Shown one piece after another: positions 10,003 through 23,428 of a stretch of 64,000 nt of DNA. Both the position numbers and the translations under genes were made by a program. Source of the stretch: the human T2T-CHM13v2.0 reference genome, Homo sapiens; assembly GCF_009914755.1 (NCBI RefSeq), contig NC_060929.1, one strand, 5' to 3'. Within the stretch, counting starts at the first letter, position 1. The number at the start of each line of letters is the position of its first letter. The notes under the pieces are model-generated. The model had not been told where the DNA came from. It saw nothing but the letters and a program-made list of their open reading frames with translations, and did no database searches.

Positions 10003-10360
10003 TTATCACCTATGACCCAAGGGATGACAAAGAGGCGTTGTGTCCCCCTTCTCTAAAGAACACCCAAGGAAACTGAGGCACAGATACCACTCCCAGTCTT
10101 GGTAAGAGGAGATGACACTGACTTTGCTACCCTCAGCCATCAACTTAGCACCACCTAACTTTATATTACTAGATGATGAGCAGAGGAGTATTGAGTGATA
10201 AGCCTGAGGTCTTTTCTGTTTAGAAGGTGGGAGCACTTCCCTTTCTCACCCCAAGCCAGGTAGAAGAGGGCAGGTAAAGGGAACCTCTCACAGAGATGAG
10301 TGAACTTGCTAATCAGCAATTCACCATTAATGCTTGAGTAGAAAGAAAAGAGAGAAAGAC

Positions 10361-10370
10361 TGTGCGTGTA

Positions 10371-10400
<30 letters not shown>
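10361..10400. repeat. Compound (TG)n(AG)n microsatellite
   Basis: Read directly from the sequence. Confidence 0.9.
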
Positions 10401-10401
<1 letters not shown>

Positions 10402-11516
10402 TGATGAATTGATTAGCAGCCTGTGTCCAAATTTGTTGTGGCAAAAATGTGTGAGATTCCTGTGGGTGAAAAGAATATAACGGCAGGTCACTTTCAGTGA
10501 TTTTGGTGTCCAAGTTGACAGGCCACCCGGTGAGAAGACTGAAGCAGCATAACGTTACCTGGTATAGAATCCAAAATAAGAACTGATTTGGTTTCAAAAG
10601 AGGTGAGCAGATGTCAGAAGTCACTGAGTTATGCAGGTCTCTCAGAACAGAATATATGGCACCGGGACCCCCCACTCCACCACTCTGCAACATCAACCCA
10701 GAAATAACACGTGTCCCAGGAGAGACTCTACATTTAGCTGGGATCCACTTAGCATCAGCGACTGATGGATCTTTAACAGAAAAAGAGCAAGAGACAAGTG
10801 AGGAACACAGCCACATGGCTAAGTTAAGGATATTTGTAGTCTGTCTCTGATCCCCAGGAAAAGGCTCCCAAAAACAGGAGTGAAAAAAATTGATCCCGCT
10901 CCCACCCGAATCCAAGTCCCTCAGACAGAAACTTTGCTGAAATTGGCGGGGTAGGAGGAGATGAGACTTCAAATAGATATGAGATGAAATTTTAAATTCG
11001 ATCAAAATGGAATGAACTGACATTTTAATAGTTGGAAGTGATCAGAAAGCTTATGGTATCTGACAAAGTTGTGATTAAGGGATGGGAAAAAGAGATTCAG
11101 TGGAACATAGCTGAAAGCAATATTTGGAGAAAAATTGAACTATTTCATATTTGTACTTGACCCAAGTTCAGATTGTTGAATAAACCAGTCATACATATTG
11201 CCCCTTTTGATCTCCTAAGCAACACTGTGGGAGGAAAAGCAGGGGTTTTACCATCTTTTAACAGATGAGAAAATCTGAAGTTTGATAACCTGAGCGATTT
11301 GATAACAATCAGAGCTCAGGTCTTCTGAGTGCTTGTGTTAAGCTACCCAAGTTATTCTCAAATTACCCTGAGAACATGGAGCTGTGCCAGGAAACTGGAG
11401 TAGAAACAGTGTATCATGTTGTAGAGCAACAATGTTCATCAATGGTAAGAAATTAAAACATTGTATTTATAATAAAACAAATAGAAACTATGCGGATACA
11501 ATAAACATTTGCATGA

Positions 11517-11818
11517 TTTATTTATTATTATTTTTGGAGATAGGGTCTCACTCTGTCAGCCAGGCTAGAGTTCAGTGGCATGATCATGGCTCACTGCAGC
11601 CGCAATCTCCAGAGCTCAGATGATTCTCCCACCTCAGCCTCCTGAGTAGCTGGGACTATGGGCATGCACTACCATGACCAGCTAGTTTTTTGATTTTTTG
11701 TAGAGACGGTATTTAGCCATCTGGCCCAAGCTGGTCTGAAACTGCTGGGCTCAAGCAATCTGCCTGCCTTGGCCTCCCAAAGTGTTGAGATTACAGACAT
11801 CGGCCACCACGCATGGCC
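11517..11818 (-). mobile_element. Alu (AluJ-like)
   Basis: GAGATAGGGTCTCACTCTG...GATCATGGCTCACTGCAGCC...CTGGGCTCAAGCAATCTGCC (J-type diagnostics). Confidence 0.92.
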
Positions 11819-13095
11819 TTGCATGATTTTTAAATATAAAATATAATACCTCAGAGAAATTTGTTTTGGATTACATCTTCAGCCTTCAACCTACAGAAAC
11901 CATGTCCATGTTAACTCTCCTCTGCACTTAAGAAGTAACTTGGGGAAACTTTGAGAAGCTCATCACCCACATTCTTGAGCCAGATCACATTAAAAGCTGT
12001 TTGGATTAGTAAAAGGGGAACATTTCCTAATGTTTAAGAGGAAGTAATGTGCTACTTCCATATTATGCTCCATGGGGTAGAAGAAGATTAAAGTTATTAT
12101 TCCAATTACATGTTAAAATCGTTGTTACATCAATATAGTGAATGAAATTTTTAGGAAGTTTCACTTGGATATTCTAGTACTCCAGATACATTTGGCTGAA
12201 TGTTTAACTGAGAGGTACCCTTATAATTGCTGAGTGTGAAAACAGGATGTTAGTGTACTCTATAAATGGTTATGAATGTGAAGTACTTTTGCTAATCATA
12301 AAATTGATTAATATCCCAGATTAGTGAAATCAGAGGTACAAAATAGTGATTTCTTTTAAAAAAAGTTTCTGGCTAAGAGTCTGTAATATCAACATTTACA
12401 GGCTTAACATTAACCAGAAAAATATAATCTTCCAAAAGTTGATAAATGTAAATTATAGTAACTTATAAAATAGTGTCTTTTTTATTACCATATTCCTAGT
12501 GCCTAGAAGTGTCTTGAATAAATTTATAGTAAAGACTCAATAAATTCCCATTTAATAAATAAATGAAGCTAAATTTATAACTATGTTAGAACTTTACACC
12601 AGTGATAGAGTAATAGAGATATAATTCTTATATGTGTAGAAGACAATAATGAATACATAATTAAGTGCAGATAAAGAAATGTGGCTGTGAGATTGTCTTA
12701 CTCAGATTGCATTTGAGAAAATTGCCAGCCATTCTTTGATACATTAAGAAAAACATTATGATGTATTTATTTGATTTCAGAAGCTTTTTGATAATATGAA
12801 AGGAAATTATTTATTGCACTGGAGGAGAAGAGAAAAATTTATAGTAATGCTTTGGGAAAAGGCTCAAATATTAAGGTGACTGTAAACAGATGATTTTGGA
12901 GGAATATCAGGGATAAGGGTAAATAGGTTAACATTGGAAAATATGTCTAACTATAAGTGTTAGGAGAAAGAGGAAAAATTGAACAAAAGAAAGAAAAGGG
13001 AGAGATATAATATTAAGTTTATATGTTATATTAGTGTTTTCATTGGCAGTACCACAAGAAGCCTGACAACCAGAGGATATTCCATTAGGGAGTGA

Positions 13096-13179
13096 GAGGG
13101 GGACAAGAGAAAGAAAGAGACAAGGAAGGGAAAGGGAGAGGGAGAGGGAGAGAGGGAAGGGAGGGGGAGGAGAGGGGGG
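13096..13179. repeat. Polypurine (GA/GGA-rich) low-complexity tract
   Basis: ~80 nt almost entirely A/G, e.g. GGGAGAGGGAGAGGGAGAGAGGGAAGGGAGGGGGAGG. Confidence 0.9.
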
Positions 13180-13457
13180 TTAAAAATCTAGACATCTGAA
13201 GAACTTAAACGAATACCCACTGATACAGTGAGTGGCATTTTCTGAATGTTTTTTGAAATTATGTATTTGTCAGCCACTTCTACTACTTCTTATTTATATA
13301 ACATTTACAAAGGATCAAGATAGAGACTATTATAGTTTTGTCCACTATCCAGGCAGCATTTATTAACAAACTGGGTTCTGTTATCTCTATCAAGGAATAT
13401 GAACACACTAAAATGATGTCTATTGAGCAGGGTGAAGTTAAAAAGATATTTTATTAG

Positions 13458-13870
<413 letters not shown>

Positions 13871-13914
13871 TTAGTGTCATTATATTGCTAGACAAGTGCC
13901 AATGAAGTACAATC

Positions 13915-14030
13915 TATTAAGTTACCTGAGATAGGCATCTTGTTTGTTCACCTGTTTAACATTCTATCCCCAGGGCCTAGGATAGTGCTTGGAGTACAAT
14001 AAGCGCTCAATATGATACATAATAGATTTT
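13915..14030. mobile_element. L2 3'-end fragment
   Basis: TCTTGTTTGTTCAC...TATCCCCAGGGCCTAGGATAGTGCTTGG...AAGCGCTCAATA. Confidence 0.6.
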
Positions 14031-16292
14031 AGCCAGTAGATGGACTGACTGTGAAATCTAACCCGACATGATATATTTGAGTAATATCCTCTTTTGTAAA
14101 GTAAATGAATCAAAATATTACACACTTTCTTGGAATATTCATTTCTTCACAATAAAATGTTATAATATTTTATTGTATTTGGCTAGTAGCTTTCTCCGTT
14201 TGTCAAACTTTTAAACTTCAATTTTTGTGTGGAAATCAGAGGTTTTCAAGGTCTTTCTCCTGTTTCCTAACTGGACCAAAGTAGAACCATCAGGCACCAT
14301 AAGATTCCCGGGAGTTTCCTCAAATTTCAAATGCCCCAATCCACATTGTTGTTTATCTTGAAAAATTTACCTCTGAATGTACACAGGGGAATCAAATAAA
14401 TTTATCACATACCTATTTTCAGTAGAGTTTGCTGGTGATTTCTTTTTCTTTTTCTTTTTTTTAAATTAAAGTAAGCTTCTAAGTTTTAGGAAAACTGAGC
14501 AGACATTCCAGGGCTTGAGTTTGCTTCCACTTAAAAAGCATTAAATGGTATAACAAATGCAGCTCAATAGATCCAATTGTCATCCCATGCAAATAGTCAA
14601 CTTACCACTTCTAAGAGTAGAGCTTAGGGAGCACTCATCTTACTAGTGCGGTCATGTTTCCTTTCTTGTTCTTTCCCCTAAAGTGTTTCTGCCTAGATCA
14701 ATTTACCTTTCTCCTTGCCCAACCTGGTTTTCATGAGTATGGGTCCCTAATGTTATCATTTTCATACAAAGAGGTGGAACTTCATAGCAGTTTTTCTTGT
14801 TCATTAACTTCAAATCTATTTAAATCAAACATATTTGAACTAGATATCCAGTAATGAGAGAAAAATTATTCACTACATTCTTCATCTCCCCCCCCCCCAA
14901 ATAGGTTGACCGTGGCTTTATTCAAAGTTAATAATATATCCATCTATGGCATTTATTTCAATCAAAACTTTACTCATTAAGATATTTTGTTTACAAGCCC
15001 TCTTCCCCTAAACAAAGTCTCCTTGGATTCAAATGTTTTAGATTTTTAGAAGTAGAACCTACAAATCATCTCATATTAGTTGTCTAATTAGTTGGTAGTT
15101 CAGATATTGCCCTCCCTCCTAAAATCTCAAACATGAACTCCGCAACCAAAAAGAATAGAGCCAATTTAATGCATTTTTCCTTAATTTAAGAGCTTTCTCT
15201 TTTGGTGTAGCAATCTTTTTTCCTACTTTCTTGTGTCAGCAAAATGGAAATCAATTTAAATCTCGATGATCAATATTCAGCCAGCTTGAATACTTTATTT
15301 CCGCTGTGGCCATATGCTGTTATAATATGTAGAAATGTATGAATCTAGCAAATTAAATATAAGTAAATAATGGAAGATGGGTGGCAATATGCCTGTGGAT
15401 CTGCAGTCTGCAAAATAAATACTGCTGAGTTTAATGAAGAGAAATTGGAAACCCCCAAATAAGCATGTTTGAAGGTCAGATGATTTTTCTATCAAAATGT
15501 AATACAGGTATGCCACAATTATTTTGGCACCTAAGTAATCTTCAAAAACATATACTTTCAATGCAGTTACATTTCTCCTAGAAAATCATCGCGTGATTAT
15601 CTTGCATCTGTTTTTCATCACCTCCTCTCCTCCCCACACTCTAAAGGTACTGACTTCCTAGACATGCGAATTACAAAATAGAATATAACATAATTTTACT
15701 AAAGAGGGAAAAAGGAACTCACCTTAAATTTTGTAGTGTTAATGTTGCTGTTTTAAAATATTTCAATAAATTTAAAGGACTGAATGAGCCATCTGAAAAG
15801 ACACCACTTTAAAAAACATAAGGATTATTCTTCCAGTGTTGCTATAGTTATTGAACTCTCTCTTTAATGTAATTCTTCAGCGTGATGATGTGATACATAA
15901 ATTATTCACAAAGAATGTATTTTAATCACTTCTTATCAGCATTGATATTTTCAGATGAGATCCCAAGGATAATACAGGTAAAACATAGTTTAAGCATAAA
16001 TCCTATTATTGAGATTTGCTGAAAATCATTGACATTTTGTGATTGCTAAAAGCCATCATCTCTTATAACTTAACCATGTTATGATGCTGTATTTAATGGA
16101 AACTTTTAGAATTAATATTTAAGATGCTATTTTAGTAATTAACTTCAATCAAGACTAGATAGACTAAAGCCACTTCTTTTTTCTTATTCATTCCAACCTA
16201 TGAAGCGAAACTCAATTCACACAAAACCTATGGTGTGGTAAGTTAGATGATACATATATATTTTTGAATAATTCTTCAATATTATATATATT

Positions 16293-16750
16293 GTATCAGT
16301 ATTAGTGTGCTTTCAGCTGCAAGACATGGAAAACTTTACCCCAATTGGCTTACAGAATAAGAAAATGTATGCCTTTGATACTTTAGAAGTAGGAAGGGTT
16401 TTAGGATTAGTGCAAATTTTTCATTTGTGCTGTCTTCTCTAAGTTGTTTCATTCTCAGGTCAGCTTCCCTCCCTGAAGCCAGGCTGTAAGAGTCCTGGGC
16501 ATTGCAACAGCATGCCAGACTGCCAGAGAAAGAGGGGATGTCTCTTCTAGGAGTTTTCTCCTAAAAGCAAGAACATTTCTTTCCAAGCAGCTGGAATCTC
16601 ACTGGCTCTCATTGGCCCTCGTGCTCATTTCTGAACTAGTCCTGTGGCTAGGGGAATGCCACAGCTGACTTGCTCAGGCCCAGTCATTGTTGCAAGAAGT
16701 TGACATTGCCTTTAAACCAACCAGGCCCAGGAAACAAGTGTTGACTGCAG
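16293..16750 (-). mobile_element. Old MaLR LTR (MLT1J/K-like)
   Basis: TGTATCAGT...CTTTCAGCTGCAAG...GGAAAACT...TGGCTTA; CTCATTGGCC...CATTTCTGAACTAGTCCTGTGGCTAGGGGAATG. Confidence 0.6.
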
Positions 16751-17535
16751 TACTGAGAATGGTGGCTCAGGGTAGAGCTGGAAGTGCCATTGCTCTAAGA
16801 AGTGTCCCTTAGTGGACAACTCAAGAGTCACTAAAACCAGTATTTCTGTTTTTATGGTACAGCAGCATTTCCAAGACTTTAGATCCCTTGTAGACTACCT
16901 TCATGATTTTTCCATATCTGCCTACCACCTGTGCTATCATTAATATTTTTGGAAATGATTCACTTCTTAAAATGTAAATATTTGTTAAATAAAATCATAT
17001 TAATATTTTAATTTTAAGAAACTGTATCATTTACCACAAATAGATATGCAAGGCAACCTCATTAATTCAATGAAAACAAACAGAAAACAATTTTAAAAAG
17101 TATTTAGTTAAGGCTAGTTGCTGCTGCTTGCCAAAGGCTCTTGAGCCTGAGGCTTGATTTCTGTTTGTTTAGAAAAAAAAAAAAAAGGTTAGGGAGTAGG
17201 TAGGAGGAGTTAGCATTTTAGCATAGTTAAAAGCGTTAACAAACTGGTACTGTTCAAGGACTTCCTCAGAAGAACTGCAAGCACATTGAGTCACTTTCTC
17301 TATATGATTCGATATTATTTTTACTACCTCACTTCCTTTCCCGGGATGCACACCCCTCTAGCAAACACTTGCTGGAGGAAGCTGCCCTGTGTAAAGCGTT
17401 AGGGAGCAGACCTGGCTGTTGCCCTAGGCCAGCCTTGGAAACTGTTCAGGAATTGAGGAGTTACCATGAACCCCTACGCTCTATAACTGAATGACATGTT
17501 GGTCAGGGAATGCTCTCCCATCTGATGAACTCTCC

Positions 17536-17898
17536 TGATACAGGCTGGCTTGTGTTCCTCCAGAATTCATCTGTTGAAGTCCTAACCCCCAGAACCTCAG
17601 AATGTGACTGTGTTTGAAAATAGGGCCTTTGATGAAGTAATTAAGTTAAAATGAGGCCATTAGAGTGGGCCCTATGACTGGTTACCTTGTAAAAAAGAGA
17701 TTAGGACACAGAGGAGAGACATGTGAAGACACAGGAGATGACAACCATCTGCAAGCCAAGAGGCCTCAGAAGAAACCAGCCTTGCTGACACCTTGATCTT
17801 GGACCTCTAGCCTCCAGAATTGTGAGAAAATGCATTTCTGTTGTTTAAGTCACATGTTCCATGGTACTTTCTTATGGCAGCCCTAGAAAACCAATACA
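17536..17898 (+). mobile_element. MaLR LTR (MLT1B-like)
   Basis: GTTGAAGTCCTAACCCCCAGAACCTCAGAATGTGACTG...GGCAGCCCTAGAAAACCAATACA. Confidence 0.9.
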
Positions 17899-18085
17899 TT
17901 TCTCAAGTGGAACAACATTCAGAGATACAGATTTTGTATAAGTGCTTTGACTTGCTTCCTGAAGTATTACAGAGGCGCTAAGGCCTAGACCACATGTGGA
18001 GACCATCTGGATTTGTTTCTTTGCTGGTATGGCGATTTCTAAGATTCCTCGTGGAGATCATGCGTAGGGAGACAGCCAGTGAGTA

Positions 18086-19276
18086 CATGTGCATTGTTTA
18101 ATGACAGGATACATTCTGAGAAATGCATCGTTAGGCAAGTTCATCATGTGCAAACATCAGAGAGTGCACTTACACAAACCTAAATGGTACAGCCTACTAC
18201 ACACCCAGGCTATATGATATAGTCTATTGCTCCTAGCCTATAAACCTCTACACATGTACTGTACTGAATGCTGTAGGCAATTGTAACATAATAGTAAATA
18301 TTTGTGTATTTAAACCTATCTAAACATAGAGAAGGTGCAGTAAAAACATGGTATAAAAGAGAAAATTGGCATACCTATTTAGGGCACTTACCGTGAATGG
18401 AATTTGCAGGACTTGAAGTTGCTCTGGGTGAGTCAGTGAGCGGTGAGTGAATGTGAAGGCCTAGAACATTACTGTATACTACTATCGGCTTTGTAAATAC
18501 TGTATACTTAGGCTACACTGTTTATTTAAAAATTTCTTTCTTCAATAATAAAGTAGCCTTAGCTTACTGTGTTTTTTTTTTTTATTTTATAAACTTTAAA
18601 GTTTTTTTTAGCTTTTGACTCTTTGTAATAGCTTGAAACGCAAATATATCGTACAGGCTGTACGAAGTTTCCTTTCTTTATATTTTTATTCCATAAACAT
18701 TTTTCTATTTAAATTTTTTAATTTTAAAACATTTTTTAAAAAACTGAAACACAAACACACACACTAGTCTAGGCCTACACAGGGTCAGGATCATCAGTAT
18801 GACTATCTTCCACTTCCACATCTTGTCTCACTGGAAGGTCTTCAGGGTCAATTACACACATGGAGCTGTCCTCTCCTGTGGTAACAATGCCTTCTTCTGA
18901 AATACCTCCTGAATGACCTGTCTGAGGCTGCTTTACAGTTAACTTTTTTTTTAATAAGTAGAGGGAGTAAACACTAAAATAATGATAAAGAGTATAGCAT
19001 AGTAAATACATAACCCAGTAACATACTCATTTATTATCAAGAATTATGAATTGTACATGATTGCATGTATTATACTTTTCTAAGACTGGCAGCACAATAG
19101 GTTTGTTTGCATCAGCATCACCACAAACACTTGAGTAATGTGTTGCACTATGATGTTACTACAGCTACAACATCACTAGGCAGTAGGAATTTTTCAGCTC
19201 TATTATAATCTTATGGGGTCACTGTCATACATGCAGTCCATCATTGACTGAAATGTCATTATGCGGTACATGACTG
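18086..19276 (-). mobile_element. Tigger3b (MER7B) non-autonomous TcMar-Tigger DNA transposon, ~1.2 kb
   Basis: ATACATTCTGAGAAATGCATCGTTAGGC...CACAAACCTAAATGGTACAGCCTACTACAC. Right end TTATAATCTTATGGG...ATTATGCGGTACATGACTG; TA at the left flank. Confidence 0.9.
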
Positions 19277-19929
19277 TGGAAGGAACCTGTTCCAGTCAAG
19301 CAATTAAAGGCAATCCTGTGTATCATTTAAATAATCATGTACATACTTCAATGGTGGAAACAGCCCTACACTTAAATGGAGTTATAAATCTGATTGACAA
19401 TATCCTCAGAGGTGTAGCTCTTGCCATAAGATGCAATTGGACCTTATTCCAAAACGATGCCCCCATAAAATCATAAAATTAGCCATAAATAAGATAATAA
19501 TCAGTTAGTCTACATCAACTGAAAGCCACTATACCAGGGTACAAACTAAACACGCATGGCCCTACATGCCAGGTGGGCCTGATGCCCAGTTGGGGTACTT
19601 TGAGGGTTAGTAATTTGACTTCTGAGGGAGGCAGTAAATTTCTGTAATGGAACTGGAATCATCCCTTCTGGCATAATTCCCTCTAGCTTCTGTTATGGGT
19701 TAGATCAACAATTCAGCTGACACATTTGTCAATGACACAAATCAAATGCTTTCCTGTATTCTGTTACTTCAACCTTCTTGAAAACTGAGACAGTGCAGGA
19801 CAGAAGAACATAAAAGAGATGCTACTGCAGGAACTAGATGACACAGTGATGTCAGGAAGAACCATCTGACTCAGCGCCACCCCAAGCCTAGGAGCTGTAT
19901 GCCTGTGCTGTAGCCATACACATAAATCT

Positions 19930-20330
19930 GTAATTATTTTAGTCATTTGTCTTATTTTTTGTTGTCTGTCTCTCCTACTAGGCTACACTGGGGTCAGAAA
20001 ATACACAGCTATGTTTTCCTCAGCGTCCAGCAGGGTACCTGACACGTTGTCCTTGCTCCATACATATTTTTGAAGCAATGGAACAGGAGCTAAGGGCGTA
20101 GACTATAAAACTAGAGCAGCTAGATTTGAATGTCAGCTGTAAAGCTAGAGCAGCTAGATTTGAATCGCTAGCTCCATGACCTTGGGCAAGTTATTTAACC
20201 TTTTCCTAGGCCTCAGGTTTCTCATTTGTAAAATGGCTTTAGTAATATCTACTTCATAATGTTGTTTTAAGGATTCAATGAACTACCATAGTGCCTGGCA
20301 TGTAAGTGCCTAGTAAATATTATCATCATT
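19930..20330. mobile_element. Adjacent L2 and MIR fragments
   Basis: TGTCTGTCTCTCCTACTAGGCT (L2); GACCTTGGGCAAGTTATTTAACC...CCTCAGGTTTCTCATTTGTAAAATGG (MIR core). Confidence 0.7.
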
Positions 20331-20868
20331 TTAATGATTGGTTCCAAGATACAGAAAAATTGAATATGTTTAGTTGGCAGAGGATGGACTATTCAGGCAA
20401 AAGTAGATCATGCAAATCATTGGTTTTCTTACTACCTTTTTTTTTCTGTGTGCTATGTTGATTCCTATTTAAAAAAAAATCTGACCACCAAAACATGTGT
20501 TTGAAATACTCATACTACAGTAGTTATAAAATTCACAGCCTATTTTTTTAATTTTAGAATTTCAGTGTTCAAATCTGGTCAATCTATTTTATGTATAATT
20601 AACTCACAGTTTATTATGTAGGCCAATCCAGGCATTTGTTGTAAATAGTTATTATAGCATTAAAAATATTTTTTTTAAATTAAGACTATTATGCATTTAA
20701 CAGCATTCCATATCTTAATCCATTAGTAAAGGCCTATCTAGGATAGTGGTATTAACATAAGTTACTACGAAAACTTCAAATTGTTACTGATTTGTATAAG
20801 CATCTAAGTAAAACACTGAAAGAAAAATGCATGCAGTAAATATCTTTTAATCACCTGCCATCTGGAAG

Positions 20869-20870
<2 letters not shown>

Positions 20871-20912
<42 letters not shown>
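20871..20912. repeat. Perfect (GT)21 microsatellite
   Basis: Read directly from the sequence. Confidence 0.95.
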
Positions 20913-20914
<2 letters not shown>

Positions 20915-21377
20915 CAGAAACAGACACTACACTCTTTGCTCCTCTGAATATAAAGGGTTGTAGTTAAAGAGGGAGGCAAAGAAAACTTAAAATTCCAGTT
21001 TAGCTTTAGAGATATATGCAATGACAGCCTTTTATGGGAGAACAAATAGCTGATGGTCAAATTTCCATTTTTATTGTTATTTTTGCAAGAAAAACAAAAG
21101 TTTTTAATAATTTAGTCTTACCTAAGAGTGAAACAGTTATAAAATGGTATATTTCTATTCTTGATTATTTATCATGTTTGGGACAAAAAGTTATTTTCAA
21201 ACATGATAGGGAATGCACGCACACACATATATGTATACAATATACATATGCAGAATATATAATGGCCTATGTTTAGTGGAGGTTCACTGCACTCTATGAA
21301 AACTTAGAAATGTCTTTATTTTCAAATAAACCCTGTCTTTCAGATTTTTAAACTTTATATTTATTTTATATATATAT

Positions 21378-21676
21378 ATTTTTTTTTTCTTTTTTTTTTT
21401 TTGAGACAGGGTCTCACATTGTTGCCCAGATTGGAGTGCAGTGGCATGATCTTGGCTCGACCTCGACCTCCCGGGTTTAAGCCATTCTCCCACCTCAGAC
21501 TCCAGAGTAGCTGGGACTACAGGCACATGCCACCATGCCCGGGTAAATTTTTTTTGTATTTTTAGTAGAGACTGGGTTTCACCATGTTGGCCAGGCTGGC
21601 TTCCAACGGGAGAGCTAAAAGGATTTGCCTGCTGGGCCTCCCACAGTGCTGGGATTAGAGGTGTGAGCCATTGCCC
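21378..21676 (-). mobile_element. Alu (AluJ-like)
   Basis: Poly-T then GAGACAGGGTCTCAC...GTGTGAGCCATTGCCC. Confidence 0.9.
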
Positions 21677-21681
21677 CAGAA

Positions 21682-21997
21682 TTTATTTTTATTTTTTTAG
21701 AGGTAGAGTCTCTCTCTGTTACCCAGGCTGGATGCAGTGGCAATCATAGCTCTCAGTCAACTGGAACTCCTGGGCTCAAGCGATTCTTCCACCTCAGCCT
21801 CCGAGTGGCTAGAATTATAGATGTACACCACTATGCCCTGCTAACATTTAAATTTATTTATTTTATTATTATTATTATTTGTAGAGATGGGTCTTGCTAT
21901 GTTTCCCAGGCTGGTCTCCAACACCTGGCCTTAAGTATCCTCCCACCTCAGCCCCTCAGTGTACTGGGATTACAGGCCTGAGTTACTGAGCCTGTCC
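21682..21997 (-). mobile_element. Alu (AluJ-like), in tandem with the previous one
   Basis: Second Alu in the same orientation, flanked by CAGAATT(T)ATTT on both sides. Confidence 0.88.
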
Positions 21998-23277
21998 TCA
22001 GAATTATTTAATATAGAGTAATATTGTTTCAAGGCACTAACTTTTATTATGAGTATATTTTATTACATGCTTCTCATCACTTTTAGCTCATTTACCTGAA
22101 GCCTTGCAAAGCAATCTGTAAACAAATATTCATTGTATATACTATAAGGGAATAAAAAAAGATGATGAGATAAATTCACTCCCCAAAAGGAGTTTACAAT
22201 CTAATTAGGAAATAAAACATCCACCTGAACCAAGCAGTAACTATATGGACAAGACAGGATTTTATACACATTTTTAAAATCACATTTTATTCTGATTTAT
22301 ACAAAGGTTTGGCATCCTCTACTCTTTCTCTAAGAGACAATTAAAGTTACAGGAAGAAGAAATTCACGTGTGTATTTTTCATCTTGCATTACTCATGGCT
22401 GGATCTGGGTGAATGATTGTATGTCTTACAAGAGCAGATTGTGTCACAGACATACACATTAAGTAAAAAGATTATTCTGCTAGAAGGGAGTGAGAGGAGA
22501 GCTAGATTAAATACGATCGTTCTTCTCTTCTTGAATTGTGTTCTTTTTTACAGATAATAAAGACTAAAAAATACTGTGTTAGGTCTGTTTATTGATGCAA
22601 CTTAAGCCTAAGTTTCCACTTATTCTTTTTATATACAATCTGTATATATTGTATTATGTCTCCGATGAATTAAAAAATTAACAAAAAATTCCGTGTTTTG
22701 AAAATCAATATAAAAATCCAAAAAAATCTATACCATGGCAATAAACCTACATATGCTATACTTCTGATCTAGTTTTTTAGTCTTCTCTGCAAAATAGTGA
22801 GGATGGCACCTACCTATTTTCTCTGCTCAGAGAGAATATGGAGAGGTTTTTTCTCTGCCTGTTCATCACATTCTTTAGAGCCCCTGGTATAGTGCAAAAC
22901 CTGGAGATTTAGTTGAGTAGGTGTGTGAATTTACCATGTTCCTCAGGAAACAATGGAAAAGCATTAAGTTAGAGTGGCTTGCTATCCCCACTATTATGTG
23001 GAATACCTAAACTATAACTGGGGACACAGGTGGCTACATAATTTTCACAAAGGGAGCATACTGTTATGCTATTTCACTTCTTGAGTTCCTTTTGTTTTCC
23101 GTAAATGATACAGAAGGTCAACATTGTATACTACTAGACTGCAGAAGAAGAATTTACAAGGACTATAAGCTGAAAGCAGTGTATATGCAAAAATAAATCA
23201 GTTTTGCACTCTTTAGTTTGCCTTGATTTTCATTGCCACTAAATAACCAAATTTATTAGATAACAACTATTAGAAAT

Positions 23278-23428
23278 TATATATATATATATAAAGACCG
23301 GGTCTTGCTTGTTCTGTTGCCCAGGCTAGAGTGCAATGGCACAGCCACGTCTCACTGCAGCCTCAACCTCCTGGGTTCAACAGATCTTAAAGTATTGGGA
23401 TTACAGGTGTGAACCACCACACCTGACC
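23278..23428 (-). mobile_element. Monomeric or internally deleted Alu with (TA)n tail
   Basis: Right-arm 3' sequence (...CTCACTGCAGCCTCAACCTCCTGGGTTCAA) joins directly to left-arm 5' sequence (AAAGTATTGGGATTACAGGTGTGAACCACC). Confidence 0.8.

Noticed and set aside
8561-10056. Cluster of overlapping 70-194 aa ORFs
   Set aside because: By-product of GC-rich LTR12C sequence; no recognisable domain.
10313-11023. Longest ORF in the track (236 aa, minus)
   Set aside because: Runs through a (CT)/(CA) microsatellite (SLSLTHTHTH), has no recognisable homology and overlaps probable old LTR sequence.
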